Shown here piece after piece: positions 52,893 through 63,901 of a DNA stretch of 64,000 nt. The position numbers were made by a program, and so were the translations under genes. Each line of letters opens with the position of its first letter. Position 1 is the stretch's first letter. Below the pieces are notes generated by a model, which saw nothing but the letters and a program-made list of their open reading frames with translations, was not told the origin of the DNA and did no database searches. Source of the DNA: an uncultured Planctomycetaceae bacterium (GTDB lineage Bacteria; Planctomycetota; Planctomycetia; Planctomycetales; Planctomycetaceae); NCBI GenBank assembly GCA_963815195.1, contig CAWFGE010000020.1, positions 420,028 through 484,027 of the forward strand. Reading direction: 5' to 3'.

Positions 52893-53309
52893 ATGACTGA
52901 AGATAGCAAGGCCGACGGGCTGTGGTGGCTTCGTTGGGCAGAGCACGGCGAGATCAGTCTTTCGAGTTCTTCGGCGGTCGAGTCAACCTTGGATTCACTG
53001 TGGGATCGGTTCAGCGACGGCAACGCGAGACTCGTCGAAATTGAGGCACCGCAGGGTAAGTGTCTCACCATTGTCGCTGGCAATGATGAAACGTACCTCA
53101 ACTACGTGCCACCTGACGGCATGCCGCCATCGTATATCAGCGTGGGTGACGGAAGCAGCGGGACGTTTTCATATTACGATTGGGGTGTGTTAGCCGATGT
53201 GGATGGACGGCACGTTGTTTCCCAAGACAAAGCACGCAAAGCGGTGGATCAGTTCGTCGCCGGCGGTGGCGAGGTGCTTCCTTGGGCCGTCCAGTGGGAG
53301 GAAGTCTAG
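52893..53309 (+). CDS. Imm1-like polymorphic-toxin immunity protein (orphan)
   Basis: Small acidic protein; PSYISVGD, V...ARKAV.QF..G..P..VQWEEV end typical of Imm1. Atypical codon usage. Confidence 0.6.
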   Translation: MTEDSKADGLWWLRWAEHGEISLSSSSAVESTLDSLWDRFSDGNARLVEIEAPQGKCLTIVAGNDETYLNYVPPDGMPPSYISVGDGSSGTFSYYDWGVLADVDGRHVVSQDKARKAVDQFVAGGGEVLPWAVQWEEV

Positions 53310-53313
53310 GTCT

Positions 53314-53814
53314 TCACTTCTTCGCAGGGAAGACCTGGCAGCCGGGGAGGGCGGTGTGGAATTCTTTGAGGCCCTTGTCGGTCACGAGCGTGTTGTGCAC
53401 ATGCAGCTTTTCGAGGGTTTTGATCTCGGCCAGTTTTTTCAGGCCTTCGTCCGTGATGTTCGTTTTCGTGAGGTCCAGTTCCTTCAGGCCGTCCAGGCCG
53501 GAGAGATACTTCAAACCCTCGTCGGAAACTTTCGTGCCGTAGAGCGTGAGCGATTGCAACTGGCCGAGCACGCTGAGGTTTTCGAGGTCGGCGTCGGTGA
53601 TGTCTTTGTTGGTCAGGTCGATCTTTTGCACGACGAAGCCGCCCGAGGGCATGTCGGGGAGCTTTTTGATTTCCAGGGTGCGGCCTTCCAAAGTCACCGT
53701 GCCGCCGTGACCGATGGCCCAACCCACGACGCCGGCGTTTTGCACCTTCGACCCGCCGCCGCAGCCTGAAAACCACAGAAGAAAGATCGCCAAACAAGTC
53801 ACGCGGATTATCAT
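53314..53814 (-). CDS. Leucine-rich-repeat lipoprotein
   Basis: Lipobox FSGC; repeats LxxLxLxxTxITDxGLxxL; ends LPGCQV. Confidence 0.88.
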   Translation of the reverse strand: MIIRVTCLAIFLLWFSGCGGGSKVQNAGVVGWAIGHGGTVTLEGRTLEIKKLPDMPSGGFVVQKIDLTNKDITDADLENLSVLGQLQSLTLYGTKVSDEGLKYLSGLDGLKELDLTKTNITDEGLKKLAEIKTLEKLHVHNTLVTDKGLKEFHTALPGCQVFPAKK

Positions 53815-53839
53815 GGGTGGGCCTTACGGGGAGCCGAGG

Positions 53840-56631
53840 TCAGGGCGTTGCGGCGAGGCGGAATCCGTTCGCGACAAACGACTGGTTCGTGCGCTGGTTG
53901 AGCCGTTTCGCCGAGCGGGTCAAAAGTGGGGCGTTCATCCACGAGCCGCCGCGAAGCACGCGGTTTTCGCCCTGGCTGGGGCCTTCGGGATCGTCGAGCG
54001 AAGAGTCGCCATAGAACGATTTGCCGTAGCGGTCCGCGCACCATTCCCAGACGTTGCCGTGCATGTCATAGAGGCCGAAGGCGTTCGGGGCGAACGATTC
54101 GACCGGGGCGGTGAAGCTGTATCCCCCATAAGCCGCGATCGTCGGCCACGCGGGGAACTTGGCTTTGGTCGAACCGTCGGCCACATTGCCGACGTTCACC
54201 AGCAATTCGGGATCATCCCCGCACGAGTAGCGGGTTTCGGTTCCGGCCCGGCAGGCGAATTCCCACTCGGCTTCCGTGGGCAGGCGGTACGTGATTCGCT
54301 CGCGCTTGCTAAGCCATCGGCAAAAGGCGCTGGCGTCGTTCCAGGTGATGTTGACCACGGGGTGCCGGTCCGTCTGGTCAAACCCCGGATTCCGCCAGGA
54401 GAACTTCGGGTGCTGTTCGAGCTTGCCGTGTTCGTTGTTAAAGCCGAAGCCGCCCTTGGGGTCTTTCTCCGAGTCCGTGTGGTAGCCGGTGTCTTGGATA
54501 AATCTCGAAAACTCGCCGACGGTCACCGGGTGTGCGGCCAGGAAGTACGGCCGGGTGATCCGCACGGCGTGCTGTTTTTCGTCGGGACCGCGGCCTTCTT
54601 CAGTTTGCGGGGAGCCCATCGAAAACTCGCCGGCGGGAACGAGCAACATCCGCGTGCCGGCCGAGTTGACCATCTCGGCGGGAATGCCGAGAAACTCGGC
54701 CCACTCGTGCCGGCGTTCTTCCGCGGCCCGTCCGTGAAACGGGGCGACGAGCCGCGGGGGAAGGTCGTGCGGATTCGCAGCCGACAGCCGTTTGGTCAAC
54801 GACAGCGATGGGGAGGACGACCTCGTCGATTTCTTGGCGGACTTTGAAGAACGGGAGCGGTCGTCGTCATCGGCATCGAAACTTTCCGCAATCTGGCTGC
54901 GGTCGAACAGGACGTCCGCATGCACGGTCTCTTCCGACTCGTCGGCGTGCAGGGGTTCCTCAACGGAAACTTTGGGCGCGGCGGTCCGCGGTGCCGGGGC
55001 GCGGCGGGCGAACTTCCCGGTCCCGGACCTCTCGCCAACTGCGGGGCGGGGTTCGCAGAGAGTCTTTTCACTCCGAGGTAGAACACGATCATCAACAGAA
55101 CCAGCACAGACCCGGCTGCACCCAAGGCCAAAAAGCGTTGGGCGGAGTCAAGAAACGGCATCAGCCCGCCGCACAACGCCAAAAGCGCCGCAGCCAACAG
55201 CACCACCGTCTGCCCGGCCTCCGTTTGCAAAAACCGGCGGACCGGCGACGGCCGCGGAATGTCGGAGTTGGACCGAGCCTGAGGTCGGCCAGCATCGGGT
55301 TTGGGCGGGGGTTCCGCGATCGGCTCGTCGTCAAACAGTCCGTCAAGCAAGTTGCCCGGGGTGGGCGTCTCGACCGTCGCCGCCGGCGCGGAGTGCGAGG
55401 ACTCGTCCCCCTGATCCAAAGCCGATGACGAGATTTCGGCCGCCGGCGACTGCGTTTCCACCGTCGAGAACTGGCCCGCTTTCTGGACTTTGGTGCCCGA
55501 TCCTTTCCCGGTTTGCGTGTTGTCGAACTCTTCCTGAAGGCTTTCCCGGAGTTCCGGAGAAAGATACCGCGTCACGGTTTCGCGGGTCTCGGCTTCGCTC
55601 TCGGTGCGGCAGGGCTTGAGGGCTTCGACCACCTCTTTCATCGATTGGTAGCGGTGCTCCGGCTTCTTGGCGACCATCTTGCGGAACACGGCGTCCAATT
55701 CCGCGGAAACGTCGGGCCGCAGGTCCCGCAGCGAGGGAATCGGCGACTCCCGGTGCGCGATGAGCTTCACCATCGCCGTCTCGCCGTCGTAAACCGGCTT
55801 GCCCGTAAGCAGGTAATACAGCGTGCAGCCCAGGCTGTAAATGTCCGAGCGGGCATCGGCTTTGCTCGTGTCGGCCGCTTGTTCCGGCCCCATGAAATCC
55901 ACCGTGCCCATGATGCTCCCGGGCATCGTCAGTCCCGGCCGCGAAGATTCCGCGTCCCCCAACGGGTTGTTGATCCGCGCGAGGCCCATGTCCAGAATCT
56001 TCACCAGCCCTTCCGCGTTGAGCAGCAAGTTCGCCGGCTTGATGTCGCGATGGATGACGTTTATCAAGTGCGCATGCGCCAGACCCTCCGCCGCCTGCAG
56101 GGCACAGTTGACCGCCTGTCCCGGCGACAGCGGGCCCTCCCGCTGCACGATCTGCTGCAAATCGTTGCCGCGGACGAATTCCATCACCAGGTAATGCACG
56201 CCCTGGGACTCGTCGGCGTCAAACGCGCGGACGATGTTGCGGTGGTCGAGCGTGGCCGCGACTTCGACTTCCTGATAGAAGCGGCGTATGGCTTCCTCAT
56301 CGTGCATGGCGTGGGAGGAAAGCACCTTGAGGGCCACGGTCCGCCGCATCCGCCGATGCTTCGCGCGGAACACCATCCCCATCCCGCCGCTGCCGATGAT
56401 GTCTTCGACAATATAGTTCCGCCCGATGACGAGCCGATGCGGATGCCCCTGGTAAATCGCTTCCGCCTGATAGGACGTGAGCTTGTTGTTTTTGATCAAC
56501 TCGTTGGCGAGCGTCTTGGCGTCTTCAGAGCCGTCCATCGCGGAGAGCCGGTTGCTCAGCGCGCGCAGTTCTTCGTCGGAGAACAATCCGCTCTCCGAGA
56601 GATGTTGCAGAAACTGATTGACCGTTGCCAT
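53840..56631 (-). CDS. Ser/Thr protein kinase fused to FGE-sulfatase (SUMF1) domain; apparent frameshift at ~54960-55050
   Basis: [33 protein letters not shown], two TM segments. Next frame: [45 protein letters not shown]. Confidence 0.88.
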
Positions 56632-56861
56632 CACCACCTCAACGCGTCTCCTCTCGCTGGAAACCTCCACTATAACACATATCTCTATCGTGAAAATACG
56701 TTACGAATCCGGAATTCCTGGCAGATTTCTGGGGATTTTACCGAACGCTCTGTCATTCCTATACCCATTTCCGCAAAAACCCGGCCAGCCGCCGCGAGAC
56801 TTGGCTTTTCCGCTTGGGAAAGAGCGTCGCGGGGACCTGGACAAACATCGGCAAACCGGCT

Positions 56862-57710
56862 TCACAACGTCACGAAGGCTTCGCGGATTTTGAAGTCCCG
56901 CCGCTCGTCGCGGTCCAGAAACGCGGCCGCATGCTCGGGATCGTGATCGAACACCGCGAGCCAATTCCGGTCGGCGATTTTCCCGAGCCAGTCCGGTTTC
57001 CGCCGGCGGGTCTCCAGGAGATCGACATCATATCCCATGCACCAGCGGGACGGAAAGTGCCGGGTCGAAGGGCAGAGATCCCCCAAATAAACCGCCGTCT
57101 GACCGCGGCTTTCCATCACGACGACCGCGTGCCCTTCGGTGTGCCCGCCCGTGACGCCGTACCGGAGACCCGGCAGAATCTCGCAGTGGCCATCCACCAG
57201 CCGCAATTGCCCCGCCTGCTCCAACGGCCACAGATTCTCCTGCGGATAGGCCCCGGCCAGTTCGGGGAAATTCGCGCGGGCGATGACCCATTCCCGCCGC
57301 TGGGCGATGTACTCGGCATGCGGAAAGGTAGGCACCAACTCGCCCGCTTCATCGAGCATCGTCCCGCCGCCCGCGTGATCGAAATGCAAATGGGAAAACA
57401 CGACCGCATCGATTTCCTCCGCCGAGATACCGATCGCGGAAAGGCTTTCCAACAGCGGGTTTCCGTCTTCCGCCGAGATCAGCTTCCGCTGCTTGTCGGA
57501 CAGTTTGGGACCGTAGCCCGTGTCGATCAGGATTTTTTTGGACCCCGTTTCCACGAGCACGCAGTTCGCGGCTTGGGGGATCATGTTATCGTCATCGGCG
57601 GGGAACACCCGGCTCCAAAGTCCCTTGGGCACGACGCCGAAGATCGTGCCGCCGTCGCTGCGAAACCGCCCGCCCGAAACCGTCCGCAATCGAAAATCAC
57701 CAAGTTGCAT
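56862..57710 (-). CDS. Metallo-beta-lactamase-fold hydrolase (YtnP-like)
   Basis: DGGTIFGVVPK.LW, IDTG, SHLHFDHAGG, GGHTEGH, MGYD, HDP. Confidence 0.9.
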   Translation of the reverse strand: MQLGDFRLRTVSGGRFRSDGGTIFGVVPKGLWSRVFPADDDNMIPQAANCVLVETGSKKILIDTGYGPKLSDKQRKLISAEDGNPLLESLSAIGISAEEIDAVVFSHLHFDHAGGGTMLDEAGELVPTFPHAEYIAQRREWVIARANFPELAGAYPQENLWPLEQAGQLRLVDGHCEILPGLRYGVTGGHTEGHAVVVMESRGQTAVYLGDLCPSTRHFPSRWCMGYDVDLLETRRRKPDWLGKIADRNWLAVFDHDPEHAAAFLDRDERRDFKIREAFVTL

Positions 57711-57923
57711 CGTTGTCTCCTTTTAAAAAGCGAGCAGCCCCATGATCGCTTGCGAATCTGGGTGGAAATATTGACACGAACGATCACAGGATGGACGCGG
57801 GCACCGCCCGCAAATTGGTCTGCTCGCCTCCGATTGTCTTGTATAAGAAACCAGCGGTGCTTTATCATTGAACCTGTCCCGCCAAATGTTGCCCGCCTCT
57901 TTTCACTATAAGGCTCGCCCGCC

Positions 57924-59234
57924 ATGAGCGAAATATGGAATGCCCTCACCCGGCGAGATCTCCTCAAACACGCCGGCATCGCGGCTTCGCTGCCGATGCT
58001 CGCCGGCCTTCCCGCGTTCGGGGCGGAGAAATCCGCGGAACCGTTGCCTCAAGGCAACGCCGAGCATTGCATTATGATCTGGCTCGGCGGCGGCGCCTGC
58101 CAGATCGATACCTGGGATCCCAAACAACCCGGCGACGCGAAAGCCAAAAAGCCCGGCTCCTATTATCCCGCCATCGACACCGCCATTTCCGGCGTCAAAG
58201 TCTGCGAGCATCTGCCCCGATGCGCCGACATTCTGGACCGCTTCAATCCCATCCGCAGCGTGCACCATGAAGTCATCGACGAGCACGCCGCCGCCACCAA
58301 CCGCATGCATACCGGCCGACCGACCAGCGGGACCATCGTCTATCCCTCCGTCGGCTCCATCGTCGCCCACAAACGCGGAGCGGCGGGCGCAGGCGTGCCG
58401 GCGTATGTGGTCATCGGCTACCCCAACGTGACCCGCGGCCCCGGTTTTCTCGGAGCGAAAGCGGGCTTCATCTATCTGACCGACACGAACTCCGGCCCCA
58501 GCGGTCTCACCAAACCGGCCGACATCACCCAAAGCCGGCGTTCCCGGCGGGAACGGCTCTTGGCGGAACTCAGGTCGGGCTACCGGGCGCGAGTCGGCGA
58601 CGCTCAGTCGATTGCCGACTACGATGCCAGCGTCGGCGAAGCACTCAGGCTTTCCGGGCCAGAGTTCATGTCGGTATTCCAATTGGACAAGGAGCCCGGC
58701 AGTCTCCGCGAAAATTACGGCGGCGAGTTCGGCCAACGGTGCCTCTTGGCCCGGCGGTTGATCGAACGCGGCGTCCGGTTCATCGAGGTGTCCCATAACC
58801 TCAACTTCGTCAACGGCACCGGCTGGGACACGCACAACGACGGCCAGCTCAAGCAGCACCTGCTCATCAAGGAACTCGACGCAGCACTGTCCGGGTTGGT
58901 GCTCGATTTGGAGCAAAAACGCCTGCTCGACAAAACGCTCATCGTCGTCGCCAGCGAATTCGGTCGGCCCGCGGCATTCGACGCCGGCGGCGGACGCGGG
59001 CATCATTCCCAATCCTTCACTGTGGTCCTCGCGGGCGGCGGTTTGAAGAACGGCAAGGTCATCGGCACCACAGACGACCTCGGCATGAAAATCACGGACC
59101 GCCCCGTCTCCGTCCCCGACCTCCACGCCACCATCCACGCCGCGTTGGGCATCGACCCCCGCGAAGAACTTTACGCCGGCGACCGCCCGGTCCCCATTAC
59201 GGACCAGGGCGAGCCGGTGCGCGAGTTGTTTTGA
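57924..59234 (+). CDS. DUF1501 Tat-exported protein
   Basis: TRRDLL Tat motif, [44 protein letters not shown]. Confidence 0.9.
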   Translation: MSEIWNALTRRDLLKHAGIAASLPMLAGLPAFGAEKSAEPLPQGNAEHCIMIWLGGGACQIDTWDPKQPGDAKAKKPGSYYPAIDTAISGVKVCEHLPRCADILDRFNPIRSVHHEVIDEHAAATNRMHTGRPTSGTIVYPSVGSIVAHKRGAAGAGVPAYVVIGYPNVTRGPGFLGAKAGFIYLTDTNSGPSGLTKPADITQSRRSRRERLLAELRSGYRARVGDAQSIADYDASVGEALRLSGPEFMSVFQLDKEPGSLRENYGGEFGQRCLLARRLIERGVRFIEVSHNLNFVNGTGWDTHNDGQLKQHLLIKELDAALSGLVLDLEQKRLLDKTLIVVASEFGRPAAFDAGGGRGHHSQSFTVVLAGGGLKNGKVIGTTDDLGMKITDRPVSVPDLHATIHAALGIDPREELYAGDRPVPITDQGEPVRELF

Positions 59235-59658
59235 GAGGGAAACAAATCGAGTAGGATGAAAGAAATTCTCGCATCGGCGAACGATCGCCGGTTCTTTGTG
59301 TCCAGATCATTATGACACTGCAATATCGAACACGTTCCATGTTTGAGGATCGACTCTGGCAACTGCGAATTCGGCTGTCGAATTGCCTGCTGCTGGATTA
59401 CGTCGATTGGTGGTGCCGATCTGATTCCGATTTCCCGACCGACGAGGTTCTTGCATCTATTCGGTATCTCTTCTCACCCCGATGTTATTCCATGAACGTG
59501 AGCGAACGCTTCTCGGCGTTCTCCTCTCCTCTCGCCTTTCCTGGGAGCGGAAAACGTGAATTCCTACGACGAGATGGATTTTTCACCGGCCTCGTCGTGG
59601 AACTCCTCTGGGTCGATTATTCGCGCAGCCGCGATCTGCGATAGAATGACGAAGGCGT

Positions 59659-60192
59659 TTAATCGGCGTGCTCTTCGTGGTCGTGGCCGAATTCCGCTTC
59701 CAGCGTTTTTTCGCCGACTTGGACTTTGAGATGCCCGTGGATGTCCTCCAAATCCTGGATCGACGCGGGAATCTCCTGCCCCGTGGCGGCGAACCGCGAA
59801 GATTTGTCTGCCGGATCATCGTCCTCGGGCTTGGCGGAGAGCGTCACGTTTTGCGGCTTGCCTTCGCCTTCCAGTTCCAACGTCATCGCCTGGGTCTCCA
59901 AGGCGACGGCTTTGTCGGAATCGTGCTCCATAACATAGACCGTGATTGTGCGCGGCTCTTTTTTATAAGTGAGTTCCACGCGGTATTGATGCCCGGCCCC
60001 CAAATCCGTGACGTGGCCTCCGTGCGGACCGTGCTCGTGGAGTTCCTTGTGTTTGACTTTGACGCCTGTTTCTTGCGTCTTGAATTCGTCGGACTTCTGG
60101 CGCGTGCACCCGGCGAGTCCCAAGGCCACGCCGAAAACGAGCAGTCCGCCGAGAATCGGGTTCGCCAAAAACCGATACCTGATCGTCTCCAT
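59659..60192 (-). CDS. His-rich lipoprotein, putative metal-binding
   Basis: Lipobox LAGC; HKELHEHGPHGGH..LG..YRVEL; C-terminal HDHEEHAD. Confidence 0.8.
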   Translation of the reverse strand: METIRYRFLANPILGGLLVFGVALGLAGCTRQKSDEFKTQETGVKVKHKELHEHGPHGGHVTDLGAGHQYRVELTYKKEPRTITVYVMEHDSDKAVALETQAMTLELEGEGKPQNVTLSAKPEDDDPADKSSRFAATGQEIPASIQDLEDIHGHLKVQVGEKTLEAEFGHDHEEHAD

Positions 60193-60460
60193 GATTGGTT
60201 CGCTCCTGTTCGATGAGGGTCTCAATGTCGGGGAGCCTCGATCTTATCGCATTCCCTTCCGCCGGTATAGCCTCCGGAAAGCGTTCCGATCTCCGGGTGT
60301 GTGTTTCACGAAAGTAGGTGGAAAATATGTGGTCGATTTTCAACGGGTTGGGTGGCACGCCCCGAGGCACGAAGGGGGGGGGTCGCAGCCATCATGCGTT
60401 TTGTGAACCATGATTCTGTCGGTTCGCCGCCGTCGAAATGCCGATCCCAAAAAAAATGTG

Positions 60461-60488
60461 TTGACAAGTCGTAATCTGTCGATATATT
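60461..60488 (+). promoter_or_regulatory. Sigma70 promoter of arsR with operator in the spacer
   Basis: TTGACA (60461-66), 16 nt, TATATT (60483-88). Dyad AAGTCG-N8-CGATAT at 60466-60485, same layout as the sqr promoter. Confidence 0.75.
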
Positions 60489-60509
60489 TAATGTAAGAAA
60501 GGACGAATC

Positions 60510-60818
60510 ATGGCGGCGAAAACGAACTCCAAACCGAAAAAAGACCTGGACGCCTTCGCGGAGGCGGCGGAATGTTTGAAGACGCTGGCCCACCCCGTGC
60601 GGCTGAGGATGGTGCAGCTTTTACTGCACGGCCGATATACGGTCGGGGAACTCGCCGAGGACTGCAAAGTCCCCAGCAACGTGGCTTCGGAACATCTGAG
60701 GCTCATGCAGCGGTGCGGTTTTTTCACCAGCGAGCGCGAAGGCCGAAAGGTGTATTACCGCGTCGCGGAACCGCATCTCGAAAACATAATGAGTTGCATC
60801 GAAAGCCGGTTTCTGTGA
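60510..60818 (+). CDS. ArsR/SmtB-family repressor (BigR/SqrR-like context)
   Basis: AECLKTLAHPVRLRM, TVGELAE, SEHLRLM, REGRKVYY. Confidence 0.92.
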   Translation: MAAKTNSKPKKDLDAFAEAAECLKTLAHPVRLRMVQLLLHGRYTVGELAEDCKVPSNVASEHLRLMQRCGFFTSEREGRKVYYRVAEPHLENIMSCIESRFL

Positions 60819-60868
60819 GACGGCGCTCGCCGCCGGTTTTGGGTTCCGGACCGGCGGCGAGCGCCGTC
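60819..60868. repeat. 19-bp perfect inverted repeat (family-A variant) between arsR and rhodanese
   Basis: GACGGCGCTCGCCGCCGGT / ACCGGCGGCGAGCGCCGTC; related to 17515-17581. Confidence 0.75.
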
Positions 60869-60910
60869 CCGCTCAATTTCCTGTTGTGAGCCGGTTTTCT
60901 TTCCGCAAAC

Positions 60911-60930
60911 ATATCGTAACTTCTAGAAAT
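60911..60930. promoter_or_regulatory. Third copy of the sqr/arsR operator upstream of the rhodanese gene
   Basis: ATATCGTAACTTCTAGAAAT matches the reverse complement of the sqr site (ATATCGTAACCTTTCGACAT) at 16/20. Confidence 0.65.
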
Positions 60931-60944
60931 AACGAGGTGTAGAA

Positions 60945-61520
60945 ATGTCCCATGTCAGCACGATCAACGTCAACGAATTGGCCCGCCGAACCGAACAGGG
61001 GGCGGTGGACCTTATCGATGTCCGCACGCCCGCGGAGTACCGCGAAGTGCACCTGGCGATGGCCCGCAACGTCCCGCTGGATTCGCTCGACCCCCAGGCC
61101 TTGATGGCGTCCCGCAACGGCGCGGCCGATCAGCCGCTTTACGTCATTTGCCAAAGCGGAAACCGCTCCAGCAAAGCCTGCCAGAAGTTTTTGGAAGCTG
61201 GGATTACGAACGTCATCAGCGTCGAGGGCGGCACGCGGGCCTGGGACGCGGCGGGCTTCTCCGTCGTCCGCGGCAAAAAGACCATCTCCCTCGAACGCCA
61301 GGTGCGGATCGCGGCGGGCTTTCTGGTGCTGTTGGGCTCGGTGTTGGGCTACTTTGTCGATCCCTACTGGCTGGGGCTCTCCGCGTTTGTCGGCGGCGGG
61401 CTGATGTTCGCCGGCATCACCGACACCTGCGGCATGGCGATGCTCCTCGCCCGCATGCCCTGGAACCAGGTCAAAGACGAACCAAAACCCACCACCCCGC
61501 CGACGTGTTGTGCCCATTAA
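60945..61520 (+). CDS. Rhodanese + DUF2892 membrane sulfurtransferase (YgaP-like)
   Basis: LIDVRTPAEY..H, ICQSGNRS active site, GG..AW, SLERQVRIAAG, FAGITDTCGM. Confidence 0.9.
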   Translation: MSHVSTINVNELARRTEQGAVDLIDVRTPAEYREVHLAMARNVPLDSLDPQALMASRNGAADQPLYVICQSGNRSSKACQKFLEAGITNVISVEGGTRAWDAAGFSVVRGKKTISLERQVRIAAGFLVLLGSVLGYFVDPYWLGLSAFVGGGLMFAGITDTCGMAMLLARMPWNQVKDEPKPTTPPTCCAH

Positions 61521-61598
61521 ACTCGCCATCCTCCGAATGCGGTCTTGCCATTTCTTCGGCTCGCGTCGTCCGCGGGTCTTCGTCAACTGGAAACCTTC

Positions 61599-63901
61599 TT
61601 AGCGCATATTGAGCGGGTCCACGTCGATGGTGTATTCGATCTCGGGGGATTGGGGGAGTTCGGGCTGGACTTTTCGCCAGAGGTCTTGGATGGCGGTGAG
61701 TTCCTCCGCGGCCAATTGGAAATGGTAGCGGTAAAACTTCTTGAGCTTGGCGATCGGAGCCGGGGCGGGGCCGAGGATGTGCACGCAATCGCCTGAGGCG
61801 GCACTCGCTTCGCGGAGTTTTTCCGCCATCGTCAGGGAGAACTCCTGGACGCCGGCTTCCTTGGGACCGCGGATAATCACGCGGGCGAAGCGGTAATAAG
61901 GCGGGGCGAGCATCTCCCGGCGGTGTTTTAGCTCCTGTTGGGCGAAGCCGATGAAATCGTGCTCGGCGGCTCTTTGAATCGCCGGCTCCGCGGGGCAGCC
62001 CGTCTGCACGAGCACTCGGCCGCCGCGGTGGCTGCGTCCGGTTCGTCCCGCGACTTGGGAGATGAGTTGAAAGGTCCGCTCCGACGCCCGCATGTCCGGC
62101 TGATGCAGCACCGTGTCCGCCGAGATCACCCCCACCAAGGTCACATTGGGAAAGTCCAACCCCTTGGCGATCATCTGCGTCCCCAACAGAATTTGCACCT
62201 CGCCTTTGCGGAATCGCTCGAGGGCTTCATCGTGGCTGCCCGGCTTTCGCATGGCGTCGCTGTCCATTCGCAGGCAGCGGGCTTCGGGGAACTTCGCCCG
62301 CACCTCGGCTTCGAGCCGCTGCGTGCCGACGCCCAGAAACCGCATCCCCGCCTGTCCGCATCCGGGGCAATGCGTGGGCGGCGGGCATTCGTAATCGCAG
62401 GCATGGCAGAGGGCGACGTTGCGGTCTTTATGCCAGGTGAGCGTGATGTCGCAGTTCGGACATTTGAGCGAAGTCCCGCAGCCCCGGCACCACAGCACCG
62501 GCGAATGGCCCCGCAGGTTCAAGAACAAAATCACCTGCCCGTCGTCCTCGACCGCTTTGTGGATCGCCTGGTTGAGCGCCCGGCCGATCGCGGAACCCTG
62601 GCGGATGTTGGGATCGTTGCGGATGTCGACGATCACCACCGGCGGGAGCGGGCGGTCTTCCACCCGGGCCGGCAGCGAAACCAGAATGTCTTTTTTCTGC
62701 TGCGCCCGATACCACGATTCGAGCGTCGGCGTGGCGGAACCCAAAATCAAGGGCACGTTCTCGCGCATCGCCCGCTGCCGGGCGACTTCGCGGGCGTGGT
62801 ACCGCGGCGTGAGTTCCTGCTTGAACGAAGTCTCGTGCTCCTCGTCGATCACGATCATCCCCAAATGCGGAATGGGGGCGAAGACCGCGCTTCGGGCCCC
62901 GACGACAACCTGCACCGCGCCGCGGGCGATCTGCTGCCAATGCCAATGCCGCTCCGCATCACTGAGATGGCTGTGCAACACCGCGACCGAATCGAACCGC
63001 TGCCGAAACCGGCGGATCGTTTGCGGGGTCAAACTGATCTCCGGCACCAGCACAATCGCCTGCCGGCCGTAACTGACGATTTCGCGAATGGCCTGGATGT
63101 AGATTTCCGTTTTGCCGCTGCCCGTCACGCCGTGGAGCAGCACCGTGCGATGCGTGCCCGAGCGGACGACTTCAAGAATGGTGTCCAAGCCTTGCTGTTG
63201 TGCCGGGTTCAGCTGCAAGTCTTCGATGCGCGGAATGGGGGTTTCATCGCGCGGTTGGAAATGCACCGCGTCGCTGCGCTGGCGGACGGCTTGGATCAGG
63301 CCTTTGTTCCGAAGGGTGTTGATGGGTCCCGTGCCGCACTGAGCCGCGTCCGTCAGATCTTCGATCCGCATCGGCTCGCCGGCTTTGCAGAGAATCTCCA
63401 TCACCGCCCGCTGCTTGGGGGAGAGCAGGTCCGGCACGAGTTTCCGGCACACGTCCGGGGCGGGCTGATAATGCCGAACGAGCCGCGTGCCAGCTTTTTT
63501 CTTGACGCCCGCCGGCACGACCGATTGCAAGACTTGCCCCCAACCGCACAGGTACTCTTGGGCGATCCATTTTGTGAGGTCGAGCATCGAAGGTGACAGC
63601 AAAGGATCGCGGTCGATGATCTCCGCGAGTTCTTTCAGCCGATGCCGAATCTGGGGCGGCGGTCCGATGCTGACGCAATAGCCCACCGTGGGGCGGTTCC
63701 CGCGCCGAACGGAGCCCGCACGCGCTGCCCCGGTTCGATCAGCGATTGCAGCTCCTCGGGGACGAGGTAATGAAACGTGTTTTCCAGGGGCAGATCGAAC
63801 ACGACTTCCGCCGAAAGCCGATCGGAAACCTCTTCCCAAGGCAGCGAAAGCGGCGGAAGGTCCTCCCCGCCGAACAGATTCTTCTGCGATTCGTTTCCCA
63901 T
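61599..63901 (-). CDS. priA: Primosomal protein N'; apparent frameshift near 63703
   Basis: FHYLVP..GQRVRAPFG N-terminus, GVTGSGKTEIY, VPEISLTPQ, IDEEHETSFKQ, SATP, Cys zinc motifs, GTQMIAKGLDFP, QVAGRTGR. Confidence 0.96.

Noticed and set aside
53840..54925. FGE domain as a diversity-generating retroelement target
   Set aside because: No reverse transcriptase and no template/variable repeat pair seen in the window.
59323..59342. ATATCG half-site resembling the sqr/arsR operator
   Set aside because: The second half-site is poor and no supported gene start lies nearby.
59312..59644. 110-aa ORF in a lower-GC spacer
   Set aside because: No RBS, motif or host-like codon usage. It may be a decayed fragment but cannot be supported.
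60510..60818. ArsR as regulator of the aquaporin-arsC unit
   Set aside because: It lacks the arsenite-binding Cys box, and its operator motif was not seen upstream of 33971 or 34307.
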